Source of the DNA: Lama guanicoe
Taxonomy: Eukaryota
Assembly (NCBI GenBank): GCA_013239625.1
Contig: MU057202.1
Span: 2,493,101-2,557,100, forward strand
DNA length: 64,000 nt
Reading direction: 5' to 3'
The notes beneath the pieces are model-generated. The model worked only from the letters and a program-made list of their open reading frames with translations. It did no database searches and had not been told where the DNA came from. Position 1 is the stretch's first letter. Each line of letters begins with the position of its first letter. The translations under genes and the position numbers were made by a program. Below, piece after piece: positions 27,227-42,246 of the stretch.

Positions 27227-29754
27227 TCACTCGCCAGCAAAGCCATCGTTCTATTTCTGGACGACACAGCTCTGAATGAAACAGCAATCTGCCCAGTCTC
27301 TTCCAACAAGCCCTAGAAGCCTGATCACACAAGCCCACCACCACACAGCCCCAGCTCACGAGCCCGGTGAGGCGGAGACTCAGAGCGGAGGACGAAGCAC
27401 CTTCACACGGGAAAGGAAAGCCCCTGGTGTCAGGGCTCCACGAAGGCCCCCAAAACCCCACTGTGGCTACCGACTCTCTTAAATAAAGAGACAGGTCCCA
27501 CAATCAGAGACCGAGGAGGAGGGACACTAGGAGGAGAAGCAGGACCCTTTGTCCCTTCTGCATGGGGCTGCCCGGAGCCAGCAGCCGGCGAAAAGGATGC
27601 CGGACACCCTCCCTGTCTCCCCACCCCACGTGCCTGGCTGATCAGTCCCTCCTGCTTCCTCTCCTGGCCCCCTACCCCCACCCACTGCCCCCAGCACCTC
27701 CCAAAGGAAACTCCCACCCCTTCTGCCAGGCCTCTCCGTAGTGCACAGAAACGGACTGCCAGGAGCTGATAAACAACAGCAACCCCACGTCCAGGCCCTG
27801 GTGCGCTGGGCACCAGGCCCAGGTCCTGCTGGACATCGGCCTGCCAGCAGCCCACCAGAGGCGTCCCCATTTTAATAATGAGAAACAGGCACAGGGCAGT
27901 GAGTGACGGGGGCCCAGAACTAAAGCCTGGAAGGGAACCCTCTCAGTGGGGAGCACAGCCCGGCAGTGTGCTCAGCAGGCGTCTGAGAAAGGGAGGGGTC
28001 CCCCAGGACCCCACGGTCATCACCATGTAACCCTCACACACTGTGCTCACCCTGTGCAGCTGTCCAGCTAGGGCTACCCAGGACAATGGGATAACAAAAA
28101 CCTGACACCCACCTCCAAGGCCGGTGCTCTGCCCACACCCCAGGGAGGGGAGCCCAAGCTCGGTGAGGGTGATGACTCGGCAGTCCTTCTGGAAGGTGGA
28201 CTGCAGTCAGGCCAGCAAAGTGCCGTCTAGCTCACCAGTCACAGACCCCCACCCCGAGGCCTGGTCCTTTCAATGGATGACATTAACCCCAAACGCTTCT
28301 ATGCCTCTATGACTGGGAGGATTCCGACAGTATACCACGTAAAGCAGACGGTGGAGAGCCCATCAGTGGCAAGGTGGTTACTAACCAGGGCCCTGCCTTC
28401 CCTGCCTCCACTGCTGATGAACAGACCGTGGCCTTGCTCGATACCAGACAAAACACACATTTCATTCCTCTGCCAAGAAGAACATGGACTCCATTCTAGA
28501 GGGTTATGCAAGGTGCAAGAACTAGATAATGAAATAAGCTGTTTGTGAACCTGGGGCAAGGATAACACCTGCATGAAACAGGAGTGACCAGCAACTGAGG
28601 GGCCCCAGTTTGTCAAAATCCTTGCAGACCATCTGGGGGACCAGCTGAAAGGGCCACATCCGCCCTTGCCAGCAAACAGGCTGGAGGTGGTCTGGCCGCT
28701 CCCCTCAAGATGAGCTCTGCTCCACGCTGACCTGTCTTCATGACTCCCTGCCAGCTCCACCACCCTGAGTGGCCCTCCAGGAACACACTGTCCTTCCCTC
28801 ATACCAGCGATGAGCTCCAAAACTGCTACCACACAAGACTGGTGCTTCGTTCGTCTCCTGTGTGGTGTGGAAGGGCAGCTCCTCTCCCGGCTCCAGCAGC
28901 TACCGGCGCTCGCGGCTGCAGACCAGCTGCACCTCTTTTCTGCCTTGGCGACAAGGCAGTTTAGGGGCTGGGGGGGTCTTCTCCCTTGACCTGTGCACTT
29001 CTGTGACACGTGTGGACACTCTGGCAGTTAGATGCAGGGCACAGAACTAAGACACATCCGGGTGTGCCCTGGCCGCCTGAGGCGTGTGATGTCGAGGCCG
29101 GCCGTCTGCGTGGCACTGATGCTGTCACGCAAGGCATCCCCGGTGTCAGGAGGCTGAAGGCAGGCGACCTGGTCTGTGATCTCTGCATCTGAGTCCAGTG
29201 ATGCTCCAAGCTGACAGAACAGCGCACTGCATCCACCCTGGTCACCTGAGGGATTCCTAGACTTCCGGCCAGGACGACCACATCACTGTGAACATCTGCA
29301 CACGGTGTCAGGAAAGGGTGCCGCTGTCATTACACAGCAGACCAACTTGCATGAGCAGACGAGCCACCCACAAAAACGCCGTTAACAATCAGAAAAGCAA
29401 AAGTAGGATGTGGTGCTAATAAATGCAGCAATCCTTAGTGGATTTTTCTTAATGTTCCCAAAAGATAATAAATTCACCAAAGTGGAACAACGCTGCTCTT
29501 ACCCAACTGCTCCTGCAAGAAATGTTTCGTATTTTCCACATGATGGAAAAATCCTTTTTTTAAACAGTGGCTAAGAGCAATTCCACATCCTCTGACTGTT
29601 CTGTAAACTTTCCCATAAGTCAGCAGGGAAAAATGCCCTTAAAGTAGTGTTAATGCCAGTGTGCTTGCAGCACCAAGTGCACTTCCCTCCTCCCAGAAAA
29701 ACTTTACCAGTGTTAATGCCACACTGGCCAAGACAACGGAAAGTCAGCACATGA

Positions 29755-29893
29755 GGGAGGGAGGGTGCAGCTGAGCAGCAGAGCACATGCTTAGCATACA
29801 CGGTCCTGGGTTCAATCCCCGGCACCTCCATTAAAAAATGAATATAAATAAACAAACAAACCTAATTACGCCCTCCCAAAAAATAAAAATAAA
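29755..29893 (+). mobile_element. tRNA-derived SINE (camelid Vic-1-like)
   Basis: gggagggtgcagctgag...tgcttagcat...gtcctgggttcaatccccggcacctcca plus A-rich tail with aaacctaattac. Confidence 0.85.
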
Positions 29894-30119
29894 TTTTAAA
29901 AGTCACCAACTATGATGTCCACAGCTGCTTTCTAAGTGCTGGATTTGGTGTTGCAGGCTGTCAATTCAAAAACTTTGGTCCTAATCCATGATATAAGGTA
30001 GTTTGTGAAAGTCTTTTTTGAACTGTCTCTACTCCAAAAATGTCAACAAGTGGAAAAACAAAAAAAGTTGGGAAGCGGGAGAAAAATGGGTGAGCTGGGC
30101 TTGAGGAAATTTAAATCAA

Positions 30120-30680
30120 ACACAGACTCACCTCCTGATACAGCTACTGTCCTATTTCTGGGTACACACAAAAGAAAGGAAAGAGATTGGATGAGATATT
30201 CGACACCCATGTTCACAGCAGCACTAACCACAGCACCCAAGAGGTGGAAACAGCCCAAGTGTCCATCGACGGACAGTGAGTAAGCAAACCCTGGTCCATC
30301 CACACAGTGGAATATTATTCAGCCTTAAAAAGGAAGACGTTTCTGACACCCGCTACAGCATGGATATGCCTTGAGGACATCATGCTGAGTGAAATGAGCC
30401 GGTCGCAAGGGGACAATACTGTTCAAGTCCACTCATGAGGTCTCTAGAGGAGTCAAATTCACAGAGACAGAAAGTAGAATGGCGGAGGCCAGGGGCTGGG
30501 GGAGGCAGAGGGGAAGTTTGTTCGTGTTTGGGGGGAAACAGCGTCCACTGGGTGAGATGGAAAGTGTTGGAGATGGATGGGGGTGGTTGTACAAAAATGT
30601 GAATGCACTGAGTGCTACAGAACTGTACACTCAAAAGTTAAAATGGTACATTTTATGTATGTGTTACCACAACAAAAAAA
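30120..30680 (+). mobile_element. L1MB-like 3' end
   Basis: cacccatgttcacagcagca...cccaagtgtccatcgac...ggaatattattcagccttaaaaaggaa...gacatcatgctgagtgaaatgagcc...ttaccacaacaaaaaaa. Confidence 0.9.
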
Positions 30681-33600
30681 TTAAATTGCCATCTCAAATA
30701 CTCCAATCAGAACATTTCCAAAAAGCTGTTTAACAGATGTTTTTCCAAGAGGGAAGGTCGACTCAGGAACTTCAGCTGAGCCGAAGCTGAAGCTGAAGCT
30801 GAAACTTCCCGGGAGCTGAGGGCCAGGGGCTCCAAGACCCCTCACTTGCCTCCTGCCCAGCGAGGTCAGTCACGTCCGTGGGCTCAGCAGAAGCCCCGCC
30901 CCAGCACACTCGTGAATCGAATCTAGTCAGTCTCCATGGGTGGGAGCGGATGAGTTTTCTCTCTCCTTCCCATTCTCCTGTCCGACAGGAGAACCCAGTG
31001 GACACACTCTGCTCCTGAGGCCCCTTCCCTGGAAGACATGACGGAGATTAACAGAGACGGGACTGGAGCCAGGCTGGCTGGGATGTGCACACTCTGCAGT
31101 GGGACAGAAGGTGACAAAGGGCACTCATCACACTATGCTCTGCACCAGCCGGGAGCGTGCAGTCAGAGGGCGCTACGCCCGCGTCCAGTAAACACAACTT
31201 GTGGGGCCTCCACCCACAGCACTAACACCGTCTCTGAAGCAAGCTGGCGGGCACACAGGATACGTCCGAGAAGGTGGTTCTCTCCCGGTGCTGGTGGGAC
31301 TCCAAGGCCAGCGAGGGGGGGTCCACGGGCAGTGCGGAGACACTGCAGTGACCTCTGCAGAAAAGCAGTGCGGCTGGGTGAGCAGGGGTGGAGCCAGCAG
31401 ATGCACCTGGAGACGCAGGGGGGGTCCAGTGAGGCCACGCAACAGCCGTAAGGCAGGGGCAGGAGGAAAGGGTGGTGTAACCAGATGTGGCAGCGACGGG
31501 CAGGAGGGAGCAGGGGAAGGACTGGAGGAGCGCTGCTGGCTTATTTCCCACCTGCTGTAAAGTTTTCCAAATAAAACCAAAGGCAGTATTGACTGGAAAT
31601 TTAGCCCATTTCTGTTCTCTCTAAATTAGAGAATAATTATAACCCCTAGTAAATTATGGTTAAAACTTTACTCCCAAGGCTGAACAAGGAGGCAGAGGCA
31701 AGCATGGGACCTGGTGGGCAAGGGGGCTCCACCAGGCTCAGGGAGGAGTCAGGCCACTGGCCCCGGCGTCCTGCCACAGCTGCTGGGAGCAAACGTCCAA
31801 GGACAGCCCTCCAGCCACAGAGCGCAGGCTCCGAAGCCCCGTGCGGCCCCCTGCGTGCCACTCTCCTTAGTTAGTACCAAAGCTGCATGAAACACCTTTC
31901 TTTTTGTTTTCCTTTTTTTAAATAATGTAGCAGATCTGGAAAAAACACTGTAGCCAGCTTATCTCAGGATGGGAATGAAAGTAAAAACCAACACCTGGAC
32001 ACAGCTGATAGGCATCTCGCGTTAAACACCTAGAGTGTTCAAGGAGCGAAACAAACCGTTCCCGAGGACAGCTGACACCACCTACGAGATCAGTGCGACC
32101 TATTCCCAGCCAGTCCCATTCCTCAGAGATGAACAGCCTCAGGAACAGGATGGACCCCGAGGAGCCTCACCTGTCCAGACAGGGGATGCCGACCCTCGTG
32201 CAGCTCCCACAACGGGCACCCACTGGCCAAGGGAGACCCTCCCCACTGAGGTCCGACGGTCAGGCCCCGACACTCCTTCCTGGTGCACATGAGCCCTGGA
32301 GGTGAGCCCCGAGTCTGACTGGGTTGGCCTTCATCTCACCCGGGACCTTGCCTAAGACTCCAGACACTTCCGGATTCCCCGCTGAGACTCCACAGCTGGC
32401 GCAGTTCCGGGTTTGCACCCCTCTCTGCAAAGTATGCTGACTCATGCGTTCTGACCCCAGGCCACTCCCTCAAAGGTCCCGGGGTTTTGAGACGACACTT
32501 GTTCCTCTTCAAAGTCCCAAAGACATCCTTGCGTTTGTCCACTCTTCCCAGCCAAAGACAAACCAAGATCTGCCCGTGCATTACATAATCCCTTCATAAA
32601 CACAACGCAACAGGAAAAAACAGCTATGCCTGCACCCCGAACGGCCAATCAGCCCCTTCTGGCCCCTTGCTGGCAAGGCACCAGTGTCTGTCCAATTCAA
32701 TACGGCCAAGGGGAAGTCTTCACTCAGTGCCCTCTGGGGGCCAGGTCCACTTGCCAGCTCACTTTTTTAAGGTCAGAAATGACCAAGAGGTACCGATTTC
32801 CTTTACCCTTTCCTACTTTGCTAACTGGAAGGACTGGGTTTCTCTGTGAAGCAGCGCAGGAGATTCAACTTCCAGAAAGGAAGAGGCTGTAGTCCTGACA
32901 GTTATCAAAGCTGAAGGAAAGGACAAGAGTCCTTACAATTCTGGGTCCGGCTGTGTGTCCAGGAGGTGGCTTGGCTCCCAGTCTCTCGGCTGAAGCAGGC
33001 GTGTTTCTGTCACCCTGACAGCTGACCTGCCCACCCCACCCCCAAAACAAGCAGGCCCAACAAGCAAACGCTGAACAAACAAAATATTCCTAAAGCCAAC
33101 TTTACAACCAACACCTCGGCCACTTCACCGCTCCCCTAGACAGACCCTTCCAATTTCAGTCGTATAGAACTTAACAGAAGCTCCAGTTCTCACATTTCAC
33201 ATCAGCGTATCAACCAGAACAGAAATAGCAGTTTCTTCTGTGTGCAAACAAGAAATTAAATATCGGTTTCTAATTTCGCAGTTCTGTCACAAAGCCCATA
33301 CATTATGGGAAACGAATGTTTCTAATTATGATGGAATCTAAACCCACTTTAGACTTAAAACTGATCAAAATATTCCACAAATATCATTCCAGATGTCATT
33401 AAAACACCATCACGGGAAAAAATGGGCAAATTACACATAAATTCAAACCTTGACACTGGCAGGTACTGAGCTGAATAATATGAAATGCTTGTGCCTCAAT
33501 ACTTAAGAGTTTAGCGTGGAGGGGAAGATATACATGTGAGCATTTCCCTTGTTTTTAAATTTATCTTTTGTTAATACTTCAGTGTTTTGATTTGCCACAG

Positions 33601-34809
33601 TCTGAATTTTCCAAACTTTCTAGTCTCAGGTAGACTTCATGAAGTGCTGCCTGAATGAGCAGTGTCACAAATGGCTGACACTTCAAAATTCACAAACTCA
33701 GTGGTGAAGTATTAACCAAGACGAGCCTGGTCAGGGTCAAAGGCAAAGAGCCGACTTGGCGTCCATCCTCCTGCTCTGAGAAACGCTGGTCTATTTATAG
33801 CTCCATGCGCAAGTAGCTGCAGGAGGCCTGTAGCCAGAGGAGCGGTGCAGGAGAGCAGCTCTGGGGCTGGGCTTGCTCAGGCAGGTTTCCTGCAAGAGGG
33901 CAAACAGCAGCCGTCTGGTGTCTGCTTGCCCCCAAAACAGGAGCAGGGATTTGGCTTCTCATTCACAACTTTCTTTCACCGGCCCAGAGAAGTATCACCA
34001 GAAAATATTCACTCCTACAGCTCCAATACGTAGGGCGCTAGAGAGACCAAGTTCTATCAAAATAACTGATTCATTATTGCTTATTTATTGCTAGGAAACT
34101 GGAAGTTGTGAGATTCCCATCAAGCATTATAAACAGCCACCTCATTTTAAGTTTCTAGTGTCTGCTGCCTGCCACAGTCAGCCCCTGACATCCCATCCTG
34201 CCCGCACCCTGGAGGTCCGGTCACAGCCCCAAAGGCCCTGAAGCGATAAAGCAACCTCGTCACAACACCCTTCCTGTGACTTGTTCTCGCCTCTGGAAAC
34301 TCCAATTATCAAAATACAGAAAGCAAACACACCGACACTGAGCAGCAAACGTGCGGATTCACTACTAGTCTCCCTCACCCTCCCAGGTCACTAACACACG
34401 GAGGCAACAACCTGTCAGGGCCGGACCTGGAGGGCCAGGGCCAGGAAACCCGATGGGCTGGGAACACCCACCTGCTGCTCACCAAGGCTGGGAGCACTTT
34501 GGCGTTTGCCTCTATGGACTTGACTTTGGCCTTTACACCCACCATAACCGAATGTCTAGTTCAGGATGGGTGAAATTGCAGGGCTCGAGAAATGAGATCA
34601 GACCTGCCTCACACACGACTGTCCTTTTACATAATCCAGTCACAATTAGACTAACCCTGTGAGATGCCTATGAAGGCCACACGGACTGCTAACCATCCAG
34701 TGTTTAACCCAGATGAGCTGGAAATTAAAGCTACCAGAAGGAACCAGCGAAACTGAAGACCTAGTTGTTGACGATCTTCATAACCTCGGGACAATAATGA
34801 TTACTTAAA

Positions 34810-35900
34810 CCCAAAGTTAAAAGTTCATCACTTTAACACTGTAACTTTTGCAGAAATCACTATAAATGAAATTAAAAGGCAAGTGACTATTGACTATGAG
34901 AAAGTGTTTTGCATGTATTAAATCAATCCAGATCAAATAAATAAAACCCACAATCAGTATGAAAAAATAACAATGGAGGAAAAAGGGCAAAGATTAAGGT
35001 ATACAAAAAGAAGTCCAAATTACCAATTATATTTTTTAAATGTACATCTTCTCTAGTTAACAGGGACTTGCAAATTAAAATGAGATGCTGTTTCTCATCC
35101 AGATTGGCACAGATTTTGAGGAATGGATTGTTCAAACTAGACAGGATTTAGTGGATATTGGATTAAATGAAATAAAGAACCCAGACCACAAAAGCAGCTA
35201 CTTTGAGACACACACCAAGCATTCCTGTCACCTTTAGTGACTTGTCTATGTGCATCCTAATGACAGGTGTGCAAAAGAAAACTATAACTGTTGTATTTAG
35301 AACGAAAAATCACTTCAAAAAATAACTAGCCAGTATATAGTAAAACTGCAAATCTCACAGCCCACGAACCCAGCAACACTACTTCTGGATATATTCCTTA
35401 GAGAAAATTCCAAATTTATCTGCGTACAAGGAAACATATGAAATTGTTTGCTGTCACCCTGTATATAACAAGAAAAAAGTAAATAAATGAATACACAAGG
35501 CCTCTTCAAATTATGAACCATCACATAGCATTTAAGACTGAACTAGACTTAAAGGTATTTACCTGGACAGAGCTTAAAAACACAAGTTGACGGGGGGGAA
35601 AGTAGATACACGGTACTTGCAGTATGATATATTTCTAAAATCAAACCACACGACACTGTTATACCTTGAGGATGTCACAGGTGCACAAATACAAGCAAAC
35701 TCCACCCACAACAGTGGCTGCTTTCCTGGGAGTGAGAAGCACAGGGGTCATCAGTAGGGCCTTGAATGTCAGCTGAGACATTCTCTTGAAAAAAAAGTTG
35801 AGAAATCAAAAGCAAATATGACAGAAGACTCAAATGTTATTTATTGGAGGTGACAAGGAATATGCCTGTTTTACCATTTTTGTCTTTCATTTTTTAAATT
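34810..35900 (+). mobile_element. Old L1ME-like fragments
   Basis: A-rich and AT-rich; ttgcaaattaaaatgagatgctgtttctcatccagattggca; cccagcaacactacttctggatatattcc. Confidence 0.6.
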
Positions 35901-36239
35901 CTTCCAGTGAAAACTCTCCTAGCTGTCAGGCCACCTTGGTAAACAGAGGCCTTGATTCTCCTGTCGCTATGTCTGCTGTCCCAGGAAAGCAGAACTGAGA
36001 ACTGCGGCAGAGGGAAAGGCAGCACTGAAGAGTCCCCTTATGTCTGCCTCCCAGCACCCTTCTGCATCTTCAGGAGGACTTTTTATATTTCCATTAGCAA
36101 TTGTAAGAATCTGCCCTGAGCTGTAACTCCAGTTGATTTTACTCTGTGGCAAATCTCTGAGCTTTCTGACTACATAAAAGTCTTCTGTTACCCTCTGTTC
36201 CTAGAATGTTGATACATACCTTACAGTTTCCCCAGAGAC

Positions 36240-36287
36240 GACCCTGGAGACTACCACACAGCTGACCCTGGAGACTACCACACAGCT
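36240..36287. repeat. Perfect 24-bp tandem duplication
   Basis: gaccctggagactaccacacagct x2. Confidence 0.95.
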
Positions 36288-36419
36288 TCGGCAGACTGAC
36301 GCAGAAGCGCCTCAAAGCACTAAGGGATGTCTGTGATCAATCTGGGCCTCACAGGTGTACAAAATGCAAAACAAAGCAAATGAAAAGGTAGAACTCTTTG
36401 CCTCTGTTTTAAAATGTCA

Positions 36420-37240
36420 AATGAAATTCACTTGCCACATACATGACAAAAGGTTAATATTACTAACATTCAATGAGCTTTTACAAATGTGTAAGACAAA
36501 AATAAACTCCCTAAGAGAAAAAGAGACCAAAAAATCACAAATCACAAATAGGGAACTCAAACGAGGAGAAATAAAAACGTCCGAGAAGCATCATAACCAA
36601 AGCACTACCATTTAGGTGGTGAGGGCTTCACCTGCTTTGTCTCATTTACCCGTCAAAGTCACCCTGTGGGAGCAGCACTTCACAGTGACACACGGGAAGG
36701 TGAAGCAGCAGAGTCCATGATCTCACAGCAGATAAACACTGATGACAAATCTGGAGCCTGGTCCACAGAGCTTTGTGGCAGAGAGAAGCTGAGTGGCTGA
36801 TCCTCCTCTGGGGAGGAAATAGGGAAAGAGGCCTTCTTATGCAGGCTTCCTGGGGGTGCCAATACCAACAACTGAGCAATGAGTATCTAAAGTGTTACTA
36901 ATGTGCACACCTTACTGCCCACATGCCACTTTGGGAAGCACACCCTGAGAAGATAATCTCAGAAGTTGTAAAAGGTAGGTGTAAGTCCCATAAGCTCTTA
37001 TGAAATGCACAAAGGCAGGCTTGACAGCACTGTTTATAACAAGGAAAAACTGCAAACTTAGAAGTCTATCAGTAAGGGGCTAGTGCATGCATAGTCAGTG
37101 GAACACTATGAAGCTTTTTTATACTAAACCGTCTCTAAGAGACCATAAACGGTATGATCCCGTTAAGTAAAAACTTGACGTGGCTCTGCATGTGAATACG
37201 GAGAGAAAAATGTTTTCCAAAATTTTATGAGTGGCTTATC
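36420..37240 (+). mobile_element. Old L1ME-like fragments
   Basis: catacatgacaaaaggttaatatt...; acagcactgtttataacaaggaaaaactgcaaact...gtggaacactatg. Confidence 0.5.
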
Positions 37241-37578
37241 TTTGATTGCAGGTATCTCCGATTTTCCCTTTCTTCCCTTTGTGGTCCTTCGTTGTTTGAT
37301 TTTTCCCTTGCCTATCCTTTTTACCAATATGGGAGCTTATTGAACGTCAGAGATCGTCAACGTTTAAATGCAGACAGCCTTGAACTTTGGATTAAGTAAA
37401 CATTTCGTCCTGGAATTTGTTACAAAACTACTCACTATCTTCACTTCGGCCACCAGCATCCCTAAGCGGGGCATCCCCACCGCCTCACAGAGCAGGTCCT
37501 CGCCCTCAGGAGACCCTCCGAACACTAGGGCTCCCTCGGCTCCCCTAACTATTCAAGTTCACCCTCAAGCGCGAGTCA

Positions 37579-38700
<1,122 letters not shown>

Positions 38701-41699
38701 CCTCTCTGACGACCCCCCCTAGGTAGGCCCTGAGGACCCCCGAAGAACCCTCCAGGAAAGCCTGCAGGTCAGCCCCCCAGGACCGTTCAGGAAGGCCTAA
38801 TGGAGTCCCCCTAGAACTCTGACTTGGACACCCCGAAGGACCCCCCAGGAAAGCCCTGAGGAGCCCCTGGAGAACCCCTAGGAAGGTTCAGGACACCCCG
38901 AGGACCCTTCCCCAAAGAACCCCAAATGAAGGCTCTGAGGACCCCGGAGAATCCCATATAAATGTTAAGGACACACCCCACAGAGCCCTCCCCAGGAGGC
39001 CCAAAGGAGTCCCCTCAGGACCCCCTGAGAACTCCCCCAGAGGACATCTCAAGGACCCCTCCCAGAGAATTCCCCAGGATGGGCCCAAGGGAACCCCCCC
39101 CCACCCCTGATGACCCAGAAGGGTCATAGAATGGGTGATTAGGGGACCAGAGGAGTGATGCAAAATTTACATCACCTGGAACTACTTAAGTCAAGTAGAA
39201 CCCTGAATTGTGCCTGTCAGCCCTTTCTTTTATCTAAAAGCTGACTTCAAGTCTTTTCTACCTTGCTTGCCCTGAGAAGGGGAAGTCACACTAGGTGTGT
39301 CCCTAGTAACCTTGTTTACTGTGTTCAGGGCGTGGGTTGAGGCAGACTGGGGTGGGGGTGTAGAGCACACGAAGCCATCTCTGCACCATCGCTTCCCCCG
39401 AAGCAGCTCAGAATGAGAAACTGGGTTCCAGAGGGGGAGGGCCGGGCTGTAATCACAGGCTCATGGGATTATAGGGTCTTCCATTGTGTGGGCCCAACTG
39501 CTTTCTGCTCAAGACTGATTTCAATGCCCTGAGGTGCTGAAGCAACTGCCCAGAGTCCAGCCCGAATCTAAGAATTCACCCCAGTGTTTCTGGTCAGATG
39601 TGAGGTCTTCCTACTCAGATAGAAGATAGTGACCCTGCCAGGTCCCTGGGCTCGGTCTCTACAAGGTCGTGGCTATTCACCTCCACCTCCATAAGAAGGT
39701 CTCCAAGCAGAAAAGAGGGCTGCCTCCTCTGGTCCACACAATCCCATAAACGAGGACGTGCATCTTCTGACAGAAATAGCAATGCTGTGCTTCATAATCA
39801 TGATCATCTCAGCTCCAGGCAATTGAAAAACAACCGCCTGGTTGGTTTTTCAACCCACCCTCCACCCTGTTCATCAGAACTCTCTTCCTTCAAATAGCAA
39901 CACACAAACAAAAGCATACTCATCGCTTTACTCACCTACTTAAAGTATTTAATGGCCCCATTGACTCCTTACCATGTCATACAAAGTGTCACAACCCTGT
40001 CTTGACCTCCCAGGCTGGCCTCATTTCCTATGCCCACATATCCCTCAATGGGAGCCACCTTAGCCATGCCTCGCTACGTCTCTATCTGTTCAAGATGTCC
40101 TGTGCCGGGAAGACCCTCTCCCTAGTCTGTGCAGCACCACCATATTGTTTTATTACAAACACTGGCTTCCGTTGGTGGCCCCTGTACTAGATGTATCCAT
40201 ATCACGTAACAGATATGCTAACACACACCATGGAATCAGCAACTGGGTACTGACTACATGTTTCTCTAATGAAAAAAGTACAAACAAACTGGCTAGAAGG
40301 CTAAAAAGAGAGGAACATGAACCACACAGATTTAGAGAAGGCTGGTGGATTATCACCATCACGATCCCAGCCAAGAAGTCTCAGCAAACAAACATGCATC
40401 CACTAATGTAATAAATATTTACAGAATGACTGACTAACCCATGTGGTATGTTCTGTGTGGATCCATAGATAGTAAAGCATGAGACTTGCCGCTGTTATAT
40501 TTCAATCAGTTTTTTAAACCTATCTACTCCCTACTAGGTCCTATTAATAAAATAACCTTTCTCCTCGAGTTGCTTAGAGTACATTAAAATGTACAAAATA
40601 ACTTGGTTAAATGTCCATCTTTAGAATGGTTAAACTGTGTTCATAATTTGAATGAAGCATAATTCAGTGAAAAGACATATATCTCTATCTGTATATTCTT
40701 GACAGCAGGGACAGCTAAAGGCTGTGTACAATAACCCACAAAGATGTTAAAGAATTGAATTCGTGTGCCCATCAGAACAGAAAGAAAAGAATGGCCGTGA
40801 GAGCTTGGGAAATCCACACTGGTGGAGAGGAACCAGAGAGGAAGACTGAGGCTGTAGGAGAGAACTATCACACATTGAGCCCTGCAAGCTTTGTGCCCTT
40901 GTCACTTTTTCAAACCCTGATACAGAGCTGTACTCTGTATACTAAGAATACTAGGAGGGATACATTCATACCAAAGTGAGGAAAAACTAGATAGAAAAGA
41001 TCATGTGTTCCAACACCAGACAGGCCTGCAAGAATGAACTCTTTGTTAGTGAGAACTGATAACATTGAAGGAAATAAAGTACAGGCCAAGGCATTTTTCA
41101 ATAGGTTGCCGCAGAAGCCATAGAAAGCAGTATTTCTTGGACTTAAGAAAACCATGTTAACTTGAGCTGTGCTTATTCTCAGAATCCAGATGTGGAAAAC
41201 GGCATCTTGCCCGCTGCTCAGAAGAAAATGGTCAAGGTGAACGGAAGGAAGGGAAAATATTCAAAGGCTGAACAAGAGATTCAAGGTGTGAATTAAGAGG
41301 CTCAAAGGTTGCCTCCTTTAGTCTCATACATGGGCAAAAGCTGGAAGAACAGCTATCCTTCAGAATTTGTTTAGAATGAAACAAGCAAGCAAACAAGCCA
41401 TCAAACCAGTGGAACCCCGGGCAGTTCCATCAGTGGCTACATATTCACTGAAGAGGTAACACTGGGCTGTCGGGGGGATTTAAGATGGCTTTCCCGCACG
41501 CGCGAGTGTGATTTCTGAGTTGTACACCACAGTCGGAGCGTCACTGGGAGAGGTGGCACTCAGGCACAGAGCCTCTCTCGCTCCGGACAACCCCTCCTGG
41601 AGCCGGTGCAGACACTCCTAAAAACTGCAAGCTAAGGAACGTCAGACTCACAATCCTCCTGGCTGAATCCTTTCTGAGAATAGCCGGGGACACAGCTCT

Positions 41700-41885
41700 T
41701 GAGCAATACTTGTTTGTTTACTTGTGCTAAAGAGCAGAGATGACACTTGACTGATTGGAGCGCCGGCCAACAGGGGCCCAGACCACAAGGAGAGTGGGAT
41801 CTCTCCCCCAATCAGAAAGAGGAGGGGCGGGCCGGGCCGGCCAGCCTGAGGAGCTGAACGCATTCTCAGTGTGACGTGCCTTCCA
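41700..41885. promoter_or_regulatory. Motif-dense enhancer or secondary-promoter-like element
   Basis: TTGTTTAC 41714-41721, GATTGG 41753-41758, CCAATC 41808-41813, GGGGCGGG 41824-41831, TGACGT 41872-41877. Confidence 0.55.
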
Positions 41886-42143
41886 TACTGAGTGTGGCAA
41901 AATAACCCGAATGCACTCTGCACTGCTAGTTAATGTTTCATGCCTCGTCTGACAGATTCTTAGAAATAGCTGGACATCGTGACTTCACTAATGCTGGGAC
42001 GTCATACTCAATTTTTAGGCGTTACCTCAGATCCCCCACGATTATGCTCATGTCAAGTTAGAAAAAAAGGAATATGGCGAGAGTTATTTAAAACGGACAC
42101 TGGTTTTCTAGAATGATTATTTGATAGTTTAAAAGCACCATGA

Positions 42144-42246
42144 AGGGGAAGGGTACAGCTCAATGGTAGAGTGCGTGCTTAGCATGCTCAAAGTCCTGGG
42201 TTCAATTCCCCAGTACCTCCATTTAATAAATAAATACATATATACA
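42144..42246 (+). mobile_element. tRNA-derived SINE (Vic-1-like) with 14-bp target-site duplication
   Basis: ggggaagggtacagctcaatggtagagtgcgtgcttagcatg...gtcctgggttcaattccccagtacctcca; TSD taaaagcaccatga at 42130-42143 and 42247-42260. Confidence 0.92.

Noticed and set aside
42144-42220. tRNA-like sequences at the SINE heads
   Set aside because: They are diverged, A-tailed and flanked by TSDs, so they are SINEs rather than tRNA genes.
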